41,565 bases of DNA from an uncultured archaeon (GTDB lineage Archaea > Aenigmatarchaeota > Aenigmatarchaeia > Aenigmatarchaeales > Aenigmatarchaeaceae): contig CAZYZB010000002.1 of assembly GCA_964651405.1 (NCBI GenBank), positions 1-41,565 of the forward strand. The letters run 5' to 3'. Each line of letters opens with the position of its first letter. Positions within the stretch are counted from its first letter, which is position 1. The translations under genes and the position numbers were made by a program. A model generated the notes under the pieces. It saw only the letters and a program-made list of their open reading frames with translations. It ran no database searches and was not told the origin of the DNA. This document shows positions 1 through 8,114 of this stretch, piece after piece.

Positions 1-466
1 TTTCAAATGGCATTTAAATTCTCCTTTATTTTATATGAAGATGATAGAATTAACAGTTTAAATAATTATGCCTTAATCCGAAAATATGTTCCCATACTAG
101 AAATGAAAATAAAACTTTAGTTACGCAAGCAGGATACTCAAACGGTACAATCGCTTCTGGAAATAGACTTATTTATGAAATATTGAATAAGAGTTCTATA
201 AAAATGACTAATATTGCCCCACAGTTCAGGCAGACTGCTTCCAATGGTACGTTTTATATGTACTATAGACTTTTGGATGATGACATTTTGGAGCTAAAGC
301 AAACCTCTATTAGTATGAGCGGTTGGAACTATACAAGACAGAAATAACAACTTCACCAAATATTTACATAACCTAGCAAAAGTTGTCAAGCGCATTTTTT
401 CTTGTCGTTATAGAGATAACTTAATATAGCAAAAATCATAAATTTAAATACTTTTAAAATGTACAT

Positions 467-817
467 ATGATAAACCGAGAGGTTGAAGAATTATTAGAAA
501 TACTTGAAAAAAACAAGGATAAACAAACAATAGTTGAAGGTAAAAGAGATAAAAAAGTTTTATGCTCATTGAATTTCACTAATATAATTACAATTGAAAA
601 AGGGCTCTATGAAACAGTAGAGACCTTGAAAGAGAGTGAAGTGCTAATACTAGCAGACTTTGACTCTGAAGGAAAGCAAATAGCAAAGAAACTTAACATA
701 TTTCTTCAACACCTCGGCAAAAAAGCAGATAAAGAAACCAGAAGGAAAATCGGTTTAATGTTTGCTAAATTAAAAATCAAAAAAATTGAGGAATTAAGAG
801 GTGTTATATATGAGTAA
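467..817 (+). CDS. Small Toprim-domain protein (RNase M5/COG1658-like)
   Basis: 116-aa ORF. EGKRDKKVL ... ILADFDSEGKQI fits the Toprim Glu ... DxD pattern. The 3' end overlaps the dnaG start. Confidence 0.6.
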   Translation: MINREVEELLEILEKNKDKQTIVEGKRDKKVLCSLNFTNIITIEKGLYETVETLKESEVLILADFDSEGKQIAKKLNIFLQHLGKKADKETRRKIGLMFAKLKIKKIEELRGVIYE

Positions 818-1979
818 ACTTGCGCAAGCAACTTCAAAATATACAATTTATGCTAAATTCGAGGCAGACGGGACTGTAGAAAAGCCGGATGTTATTGGCG
901 CTGTGTTTGGCCAAACTGAAGGTTTGTTAGGTCCTGATATGGAACTTAGGGAATTGCAAAAAACAGGAAGAATTGGAAGAATTGATGTTGAAATAAAAAA
1001 TATAAACGGTAAGGCATCAGGCATAATATCTATCCCGTCTTCTTTGGACAGTTCTGAGACTGCTTTAATAGCAGCTTGTATAGAAACAATAGAAAGAGTA
1101 GGGCCATGCAATGCAAAGATTTACATTGATAAAATCGAGGACGTTAGGATCGCAAAAAGAAACTATGTCATAAATAGAGCAAAGGATCTTCTAGGGAGAA
1201 TGTTTGAAGAAGGGTTCTCAGATCCTCAGCAAATAGCAGAGCAAATAAAAGAAGCAGTAAGAGTAGCAGAGATTGGAGATTATAGAGGATTGCCAGCAGG
1301 TCCAAATCTAGACACATACGACTCTGTAATTATTGTGGAAGGTAGGGCAGATGTTCTAGCGCTATTAAGGAATGGAATAAAAAATGTGATTGCAATTGAA
1401 GGGACATCAGTTCCAAAGCCAATTATAGATATTTCAAAGCAAAAAACAGCAACTGCCTTTCTTGATGGCGACAGAGGCGGTGATTTGATCCTAAAAGAAC
1501 TTTTATCAATCGCTGAGATAGACTTTGTTGCAAGAGCACCTAGAGGGAAGGAAGTAGAAGAACTCGGCAAGAAAGAGATATTCCAATGCTTAAGAGCGAA
1601 AGAGCCAACTGAACAGACAAAGCCAGAGGTTGTAAAGGAAGAGCAGGTAGCAATTGAAAAAGTGACCCCTACATACAAATCAGGCATTGAGTTTGACAAG
1701 CTGCAAAGATTCAGAGAAGTCCTAGAGGATTTAACAGGAACTAGGGCAGCTTGCTTTTTAGACGGGTCGTTAGAAATATTAGGAAGAGTTCCAATAAAAG
1801 AAATGTTTTCAGCAATGCGAGAGCTGGATGCAGAAGTTATAGTACTTGATGGCGACGTAGATCAAAAGCTCGTCAACCAGTGTGCAAGCAACGGCGTGAA
1901 ATATGTTATTGGAATGAAGGTAGGAAGAATAAGAACGCCTGAAGGCATGGTAGTCTTAACAATACAAGATTTGAAGTAA
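801..1979 (+). CDS. dnaG: Archaeal DnaG-type primase (Toprim)
   Basis: 392 aa. Archaeal DnaG N-terminal region (GAVFGQTEGLLG) and Toprim core VIIVEGRADVLALL ... LDGDRGGDLI. ATG at 810 is an alternative to GTG at 801. Confidence 0.85.
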   Translation: MLYMSKLAQATSKYTIYAKFEADGTVEKPDVIGAVFGQTEGLLGPDMELRELQKTGRIGRIDVEIKNINGKASGIISIPSSLDSSETALIAACIETIERVGPCNAKIYIDKIEDVRIAKRNYVINRAKDLLGRMFEEGFSDPQQIAEQIKEAVRVAEIGDYRGLPAGPNLDTYDSVIIVEGRADVLALLRNGIKNVIAIEGTSVPKPIIDISKQKTATAFLDGDRGGDLILKELLSIAEIDFVARAPRGKEVEELGKKEIFQCLRAKEPTEQTKPEVVKEEQVAIEKVTPTYKSGIEFDKLQRFREVLEDLTGTRAACFLDGSLEILGRVPIKEMFSAMRELDAEVIVLDGDVDQKLVNQCASNGVKYVIGMKVGRIRTPEGMVVLTIQDLK

Positions 1980-2016
1980 ATTTAATATTAATATATGATT
2001 AAAATAAATTATAGAA

Positions 2017-3411
2017 ATGCTTGATATAGTTGAAAGGGTATTGAAGTATGTAGAAGGCCTAGCAGGCTATGCAGAAGTTAGATATGAGAATACTAGTGGA
2101 AGCAGATTTATTGTTAAGAACGGCGTTCTGGAAGCTACTGATATTTCAAAGACTTTTGGGATAGCAATAAGGTATTTGAAAAAAGGATTTCTAGGAACGC
2201 TTTATTCTAACACTCTTGAATTTGCTAAACTGAAAGCTCTAATAGACAAGACCATCAATAAGAGCTCAAATAAGATTCTTAAAAATCCAATAGACTTTTC
2301 AAAAGAAAAAGTCTATGGTTGTAATTACGAAGTCAAGCAAAAAATTAATTTAGAGAACGTTAGTCAAGAGGAAAAAATCAAAGCTATTTTCGATTTAGAA
2401 AAATCGTTGCTTAGCAAAAAAATGGCAATGAGATATTTTGAGCTTTACGATGAAATAAAAGAAAAGATTTATGCTAACTCAGAAGGCTCTAGGATAATTT
2501 CTAAAATACCAAGAATCGGATTTGAATATGCCCTAACTCTAGTTGCAAACGGCGACAGTGAGCAAAGGTCCTTTCAATACGGCGGCTCTGGTGGTTGGGA
2601 GATATTTAATAAATGGAACTTGATTGAAAAGTTATCTGACGAGGCTGATATGCTTGCTAAACTTTCAAAAGCAAAGAAGCTTGTTAAAGGTAAGTATGAT
2701 GTAATACTTGCTCCTGAGATTGTTGGCATAGCCTCTCATGAAAGTTGTGGCCATCCTTACGAGGCAGATAGAATTCTAGGCAGAGAAGCAGCTCAGGCAG
2801 GCAAGTCTTTTGTTACAACAGGTATGTTAGGTCAAAAAATTGGGAGCGATGTCGTGAGCGTTGCGGACGACCCAACTTTGCCTAATAGTTACGGTTATTA
2901 TCTTTATGACGAGGAAGGGATGAGAGCTGAAAGAAGAATTCTAATTAAAAACGGTCTGATAAATTCGTTTTTACAAAACAGGGAAACTGCTTTTGAATTA
3001 AAAACACAGAGCAACGGTTCTGCTCGTGCGAACGCATGGTATAACGAGCCGTTAGTGAGAATGGCAAACACTTTTGTTGTACCGGGCAATCATAGTTTTG
3101 AAGAATTATTAGAATCAATCAAGAATGGGGTTTATATTAAAACTTACATGGAATGGAACATTGATGACAAAAGATTCAACCAAAAATATACTGGCCTTGA
3201 AGCTTACATGATAGAGAACGGTGAATTAAAACGGCTAGTGAAAAGACCTGCCTTAGAGATAACTACTCCGAAGTTCTGGAGTTCAATTGATGCAGTCGGT
3301 AAAGACTTGGATTTTGTTGCAGGCAACTGTGGTAAAGGAGATCCGATGCAAGGAATTCCAGTTTGGTTTGGTGGACCTCATATAAGATTAAGGAATATTA
3401 TTTTGGTGTAA
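2017..3411 (+). CDS. tldD: TldD-like metalloprotease
   Basis: 464 aa. HESCGHPYEAD metal-binding motif and C-terminal GNCGKGDP...GGPHIRL, typical of the TldD/PmbA fold. Confidence 0.8.
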   Translation: MLDIVERVLKYVEGLAGYAEVRYENTSGSRFIVKNGVLEATDISKTFGIAIRYLKKGFLGTLYSNTLEFAKLKALIDKTINKSSNKILKNPIDFSKEKVYGCNYEVKQKINLENVSQEEKIKAIFDLEKSLLSKKMAMRYFELYDEIKEKIYANSEGSRIISKIPRIGFEYALTLVANGDSEQRSFQYGGSGGWEIFNKWNLIEKLSDEADMLAKLSKAKKLVKGKYDVILAPEIVGIASHESCGHPYEADRILGREAAQAGKSFVTTGMLGQKIGSDVVSVADDPTLPNSYGYYLYDEEGMRAERRILIKNGLINSFLQNRETAFELKTQSNGSARANAWYNEPLVRMANTFVVPGNHSFEELLESIKNGVYIKTYMEWNIDDKRFNQKYTGLEAYMIENGELKRLVKRPALEITTPKFWSSIDAVGKDLDFVAGNCGKGDPMQGIPVWFGGPHIRLRNIILV

Positions 3412-3413
3412 TT

Positions 3414-4724
3414 ATGAATTTAATAAATTTTGCCTTGAAAGAAGGTGCAGATGATGTTATTATTGAAAAAAATAATGGAGAAACTAAACAAGTTAAGTTT
3501 GCAAATAACAGCATAGCTGTTTCACAGAAATGGAAAATGGAAAGCTGCAAGATATTCATAGCTTGTAAGAAAAAAGTTATTACTACAGTTCTTTTTGATA
3601 TCTCTGAGGAAGCTTTGAAAAATTCTATAAGGAATCTGATCAAGAACGCAAAAATGCTCCAAGAAAATAAGAACTATCTTGGAATAGCTGAAGGTCCTTT
3701 CAGATACAAACAGATAGCAAAGTCATTTGACAAGAAGGTAATTAGTGCAGATACAACTGACATAGTCGAGTCAATGATTAATTCTGCTCTTGAGAATAGT
3801 AAGAATACTGCAGGAATTCTTTATACAAGCTATAGTGAAAGAAGCTTAGAGACTTCAAACAATGTTTCTGCTAGTGAGAAGGCAACTTCCATTCAATTGT
3901 CAATACGTGCCTTTAATGCAGATGATGAATCCGGCCATGCTGCATCATGCTCTCGGGTCTTAAGTAAAATAAAACCAGAAGAATTAGGGAGAAGGGCTGG
4001 TGAAATATCTAAACTTGCTAGGAATCCTGAGAAAGCTGAAGAAGGAAAGTTTGATATATTATTCGAGCCACTTGCCATAGCTAATCTATTGAACCTTACA
4101 AGCAGGTCTGCTTCTGCATTTATGGTAGACTCTGGATTCTCATTCCTTAAAGACAAGTTAAACAAGAAGATTGGAAGTCCAATTGTTAATTTAATTGATG
4201 ATGGTAGAAAGGAAAACGGTTATTTCTCTAGTGTGTTTGATGATGAAGGAGCTCCTACGCAAACAACGAGCATAATTGAAAAAGGAGTTCTAAAAAAATA
4301 TTTACACAACACTTCTACAGCAAAGAAGTACAAAACTAAGACCACTTCTAACGCAGGCTTAATTGCACCGTCTCCGACTAACACAATTCTGAAAGATGGA
4401 AAGATTACAAAAGAGAAGTTAATAAAAAAAATTGATAGCGGCGTATATGTTACTAATGTTTGGTACACTAGGTTTCAGAATTATTTGTCAGGCGATTTCT
4501 CAACCATACCGCGAGACGGCATATTTCTGATAAAGAATGGAGAACTTGTAAAGTCATTGAAAGGGATAAGAATTACTGATAATCTTCAAAGAATCTTAGA
4601 GAATTTTTCTGACTTGGCAAACAAACCTGAATGGATTATTTGGTGGGGTCTGGAAGGGCAGTCTCCGGTTCTTACACCGCATGTTCTAGTAAAGAATGTT
4701 AATATAACAATGCCAAAAATGTAG
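3414..4724 (+). CDS. pmbA: PmbA/TldE-like partner of TldD
   Basis: ATG at 3414 lies 2 nt after the tldD stop; the track ORF from 3363 adds 17 aa overlapping tldD. Paralogous TldD/PmbA-type sequence with no HExxGH motif seen. Confidence 0.7.
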   Translation: MNLINFALKEGADDVIIEKNNGETKQVKFANNSIAVSQKWKMESCKIFIACKKKVITTVLFDISEEALKNSIRNLIKNAKMLQENKNYLGIAEGPFRYKQIAKSFDKKVISADTTDIVESMINSALENSKNTAGILYTSYSERSLETSNNVSASEKATSIQLSIRAFNADDESGHAASCSRVLSKIKPEELGRRAGEISKLARNPEKAEEGKFDILFEPLAIANLLNLTSRSASAFMVDSGFSFLKDKLNKKIGSPIVNLIDDGRKENGYFSSVFDDEGAPTQTTSIIEKGVLKKYLHNTSTAKKYKTKTTSNAGLIAPSPTNTILKDGKITKEKLIKKIDSGVYVTNVWYTRFQNYLSGDFSTIPRDGIFLIKNGELVKSLKGIRITDNLQRILENFSDLANKPEWIIWWGLEGQSPVLTPHVLVKNVNITMPKM

Positions 4725-4842
4725 TTTCCATACGTTATATGAAAATAACCTAATGTTGGATTAAATAGGTAGTAGTGATGTTCTTTAACGCCTAGAGATA
4801 TGCTTGGGATAGGGTTATGTTTGTTAAATATAAAATATAAAT

Positions 4843-5523
4843 ATGAAATTTAAGAAAGGTCATATTCCTTGGACTAAAGGAAAGAAACATTCTAAAGAAA
4901 CAATAGAAAAGATGAAAGAAAGACGTAGCTTCTGGTGGCAAACAAAAGGTAAGGAGCTAAAACCTATAATAATTCAAAAATTAGCGAATTCTCATATAGG
5001 CAAAAAATTAAGTGAAGAACAAAAAAAGAAAATAGGAGAAAGTAATAAAGGAAAACACTATTATTGGTTAGGAAAGAAAAACCCAAAACATTCTGAAACT
5101 ATGAAGCTTCTATATTCTTCTGGGAAATTAAAACCAAACAGCGGAACATTTAAGAAAGGTCATCCTTCTCCTAAATATTGGTTTAGTAAGAAACAATCAA
5201 AAGAAGCTCAATTAAAGAGAAGCGAGTCCTTGAAAAGGGCATATAACGAGGGTAGAAGATATACTAATCCTGAGAAAGAATATCCTGCTGCCTTTAAAAC
5301 TTGGATAAGAAAAGAAATAAGAAAGAGAGATAATTTTACTTGTCAAATATGCGGAAAAATATCGAAGAGTTTAGATGTTCATCATATTGATTATGACAAG
5401 AAAAACATAGAGAAACAAAACTTAATTTCGCTTTGTCATAGTTGTCATTCTAAAACACAGGCAAGAAGGAATTACTGGAAATCTCATTTACAACAACTAA
5501 TGATACAAAGGCAATTGTCCTAA
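4843..5523 (+). CDS. Free-standing HNH endonuclease with NUMOD3-like DNA-binding repeats
   Basis: 226 aa. Repeated basic motifs GKKHSKETIEKM, GKKLSEEQKKKI and GKKNPKHSETM, then an HNH/Zn core CQICG...HHIDYD...N...LCHSCH. Confidence 0.7.
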   Translation: MKFKKGHIPWTKGKKHSKETIEKMKERRSFWWQTKGKELKPIIIQKLANSHIGKKLSEEQKKKIGESNKGKHYYWLGKKNPKHSETMKLLYSSGKLKPNSGTFKKGHPSPKYWFSKKQSKEAQLKRSESLKRAYNEGRRYTNPEKEYPAAFKTWIRKEIRKRDNFTCQICGKISKSLDVHHIDYDKKNIEKQNLISLCHSCHSKTQARRNYWKSHLQQLMIQRQLS

Positions 5524-5598
5524 AATTCTTAAAGGAACTGAGTTTCTACCTATTTAACCAGTACAAGCGAATATGAAAATAAGATAGTGTAAGTTAAC

Positions 5599-7869
5599 TT
5601 ATCTCCAACTTACGTTCTTAACATACTTCCTAGCAATGTTAGCAAGCTTTTCCATTTCTTCATCGTTCTGCGTTTTCAATTTTTTCAATTTATTATCCAA
5701 AGCATTTTCAGGAAGGAACTTCTGTAAGACAAGTAAGTTAGCGTCTTTAACATATTTTGCAATCTCTTCTATGTCTTTTTCCGAATGTAAGCTTGGCACG
5801 ACAGTTGTCCTAAACTCATAGTCCAAGTCAGAGCACATTATCAATGAAATGCTTTTCTTTACATTTTCTATCATACCTTTGACATTTGTTACAGCTTCAT
5901 AACTGCTCTCTGTTAAAGGTGCCTTGATATCCATCGCAATCGAATCTATTAGTTTTTTGTCAATCAATTGCTTCAGCATCTCCGGGTTAGAACCGTTGGT
6001 ATAGATTCTTACTAGAAATCCCATTTTCTTTGTTTTCTTAATAAAATCAGGCAAGTCTTTATGCAAAGTCGGTTCCCCGCCTGAATTATGAAGTAGCAAT
6101 GAGCCAGTACCACCTACAAAAGAATGATTATTTGGTACAACTAAATCATAAACATATTCCGAATGCTTTAATTTTATCCTTTTAATTGATTTAATTTCTT
6201 TAATGTCCCAATTCTTGGTTAAATTATAGAGGAATTGAAGTCTTTTACTTTTACAAGTCACATTGCCTTTTTTTGTTAGAAAACCATGCCTTATTGCAAG
6301 AGCTTTTTGCTTATTGGTAAAGTTGTCCAAGCTTAACCATTTTTTAAGTTTTTCTCGAGCTAATCTTTTTTGACCTCTAAAAGCATAGCCGATAAGGGGT
6401 TTAGGTATTCCCGAAACTCTCGTATCAAACGTATAGAGCGTTTTAATTCTTTTTTCGATATTTAATTTATTCAAAGAATTTGATGATATAACAATTCTAA
6501 AAGATTTATTTTTCTCATCTTCCTCAAGCCAAGCAAATGCTCCAAGTGTTTTTGCCAAGAATATTACGTCTGCACAAAGACTGGGGCTTGAAGTTTTAAT
6601 TGAGAATTCTTGCTGTGATTTATCATGCCTTACTCTATGATGTCCGTCGCCTTCTGCTAATGCTTTTAAGAAAGCAATTTTGTTTTCATTTGCTGCGTTG
6701 AAAACGATTGTAGGGATATGCTTATTAATAAACCCCTTTCCAATCAATTCGCTTATAAATTTTGATATCAAAATGTTTCCAACGATTACGTCGTATTGTA
6801 CATTTTCATTTTTATGCTTTTCCATTATAGCTCCGGATTCAGATTTGAAAATATGATGATACAAATCAAGTATTTTTCTCGCTAAAGGTAATTCATTACC
6901 CAAACTAAACTGATAAGAACTTTCAACTCTTTTTTTGCTTTTTAAATACGTATATTTAGGGCATCCTTCTGCAGCAGCGTAACCTAGAAATCTGCATAGC
7001 TCTTCTGTTACAGGAATAAATCTAGGAATCTTAACCCTTGAAGTTTTATGCCTTATATCAGAATTTGTAACTATCCATTCCTCTAATAAATCCAGATTTC
7101 CTTTAAAAAAGTTTCTATACCTGCGAATTACACTACGCGTATGTCCGATTTCCCTGCTTAATTGAGATATAGATTTGTTTTCAAGCTGTTTGATTATTTG
7201 CTTCCAATACTTAATCCGCTTTTGTTTTGAGCTTTTATTTAATTCTATTACATCGCTCACATATTCTAGCAGATCAATTTTTTCAATATGTCCTGTGTTT
7301 TCAAGCATTTCGCCTTTAGGGCTGAGGACAAAATCTCCAATTTTAAGTTCATTTACTTTTTTTGAACACAAACCATCCTTTGTTAAGGTAAAAATGCTAT
7401 GAGCATTAGTTAATTTTATATTATAGTTTCCTGGGGTTGCTGTTATTTTCCAAAGTTCCTTTGTTTTATGTCTGATTATCTCTTTGGCCGGTTTAAATCC
7501 TTCTTTTGTTAAGCACTCAAAATCTACTGTCTGACATTCATATGTAATTGGTTCACGCTTTGCAGTTGTTTCTCTAGCTTCATCCCACAATTCTTTAATT
7601 GGAACATGCTTGAAAGTTTCACTATTTTTAATTATTACATGTTCATCACCAGCGATACTAAAAACAACAGCGTCAATCCATTTTTTCTGCTTTTCTAAGA
7701 ATCCAAAGACTTCCTTTTCATCAACATCTTTTATTTTGTCGCTCTCTAGTATAAGCTCTGGGTTAAAACAGAAAGAACATCTAAAATTACAGCTAGGTAA
7801 GAATATCATTGCAGCAATTTTTCCAGGATATTCGATGAATGTATTTTTTATAAAACCTTTTATTTTCAT
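5599..7869 (-). CDS. nrdG: Anaerobic RNR activating enzyme (radical SAM), interrupted by an intein
   Basis: CNFRCSFC radical-SAM cluster near the N-terminus. SGGEPTL and the rest of the activase resume after the intein. ATG 7867-7869 overlaps the upstream stop (ATGA), so the track's extra 15 N-terminal aa are probably not translated. Confidence 0.8.
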   Translation of the reverse strand: MKIKGFIKNTFIEYPGKIAAMIFLPSCNFRCSFCFNPELILESDKIKDVDEKEVFGFLEKQKKWIDAVVFSIAGDEHVIIKNSETFKHVPIKELWDEARETTAKREPITYECQTVDFECLTKEGFKPAKEIIRHKTKELWKITATPGNYNIKLTNAHSIFTLTKDGLCSKKVNELKIGDFVLSPKGEMLENTGHIEKIDLLEYVSDVIELNKSSKQKRIKYWKQIIKQLENKSISQLSREIGHTRSVIRRYRNFFKGNLDLLEEWIVTNSDIRHKTSRVKIPRFIPVTEELCRFLGYAAAEGCPKYTYLKSKKRVESSYQFSLGNELPLARKILDLYHHIFKSESGAIMEKHKNENVQYDVIVGNILISKFISELIGKGFINKHIPTIVFNAANENKIAFLKALAEGDGHHRVRHDKSQQEFSIKTSSPSLCADVIFLAKTLGAFAWLEEDEKNKSFRIVISSNSLNKLNIEKRIKTLYTFDTRVSGIPKPLIGYAFRGQKRLAREKLKKWLSLDNFTNKQKALAIRHGFLTKKGNVTCKSKRLQFLYNLTKNWDIKEIKSIKRIKLKHSEYVYDLVVPNNHSFVGGTGSLLLHNSGGEPTLHKDLPDFIKKTKKMGFLVRIYTNGSNPEMLKQLIDKKLIDSIAMDIKAPLTESSYEAVTNVKGMIENVKKSISLIMCSDLDYEFRTTVVPSLHSEKDIEEIAKYVKDANLLVLQKFLPENALDNKLKKLKTQNDEEMEKLANIARKYVKNVSWR
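6085..7659 (-). mobile_element. 525-aa intein with LAGLIDADG homing endonuclease inside nrdG
   Basis: Inserted between ...DAVVF and SGGEPTL. Starts SIAGDEHVII (block A) and has TNAH (block B). Two LAGLIDADG motifs (LGYAAAEGC, LKALAEGDGH). Ends YVYDLVVPNNHSFVGG...LLLHN followed by Ser. Confidence 0.8.
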
Positions 7870-8114
7870 AGAAAATCTTTTATATCTTTTAAATCTGGGA
7901 CGTCTCCATACCAAGCAGCTTTTTTCTCTCCGTCATCAACAATGACAATAGATGGGGTCGATAATACATCATAAAACAAAGACTCGGAAAGACCATCAAC
8001 TTCCTTTACGTTAAATAGTTCGACTTCTAGTCCATCTTTCTTTAGCTTCTCTCCAAGTTCCTTTGCTTGTGGGCACTTGGGGCATTCAGGTTGCCAAAAT
8101 ATTTTGATTTGCAT
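7866..8114 (-). CDS. Glutaredoxin/NrdH-like thioredoxin-fold redoxin
   Basis: 82 aa with a CPKC redox motif. Sits between nrdD and nrdG and overlaps both. Confidence 0.7.
   Translation of the reverse strand: MQIKIFWQPECPKCPQAKELGEKLKKDGLEVELFNVKEVDGLSESLFYDVLSTPSIVIVDDGEKKAAWYGDVPDLKDIKDFL

Noticed and set aside
1-466. ORF-free 466 bp at the window start, as a possible ncRNA or decayed gene.
   Set aside because: I could not find a stable structure, conserved motif or repeat. Frames are broken by frequent stops. There is nothing to support a call.
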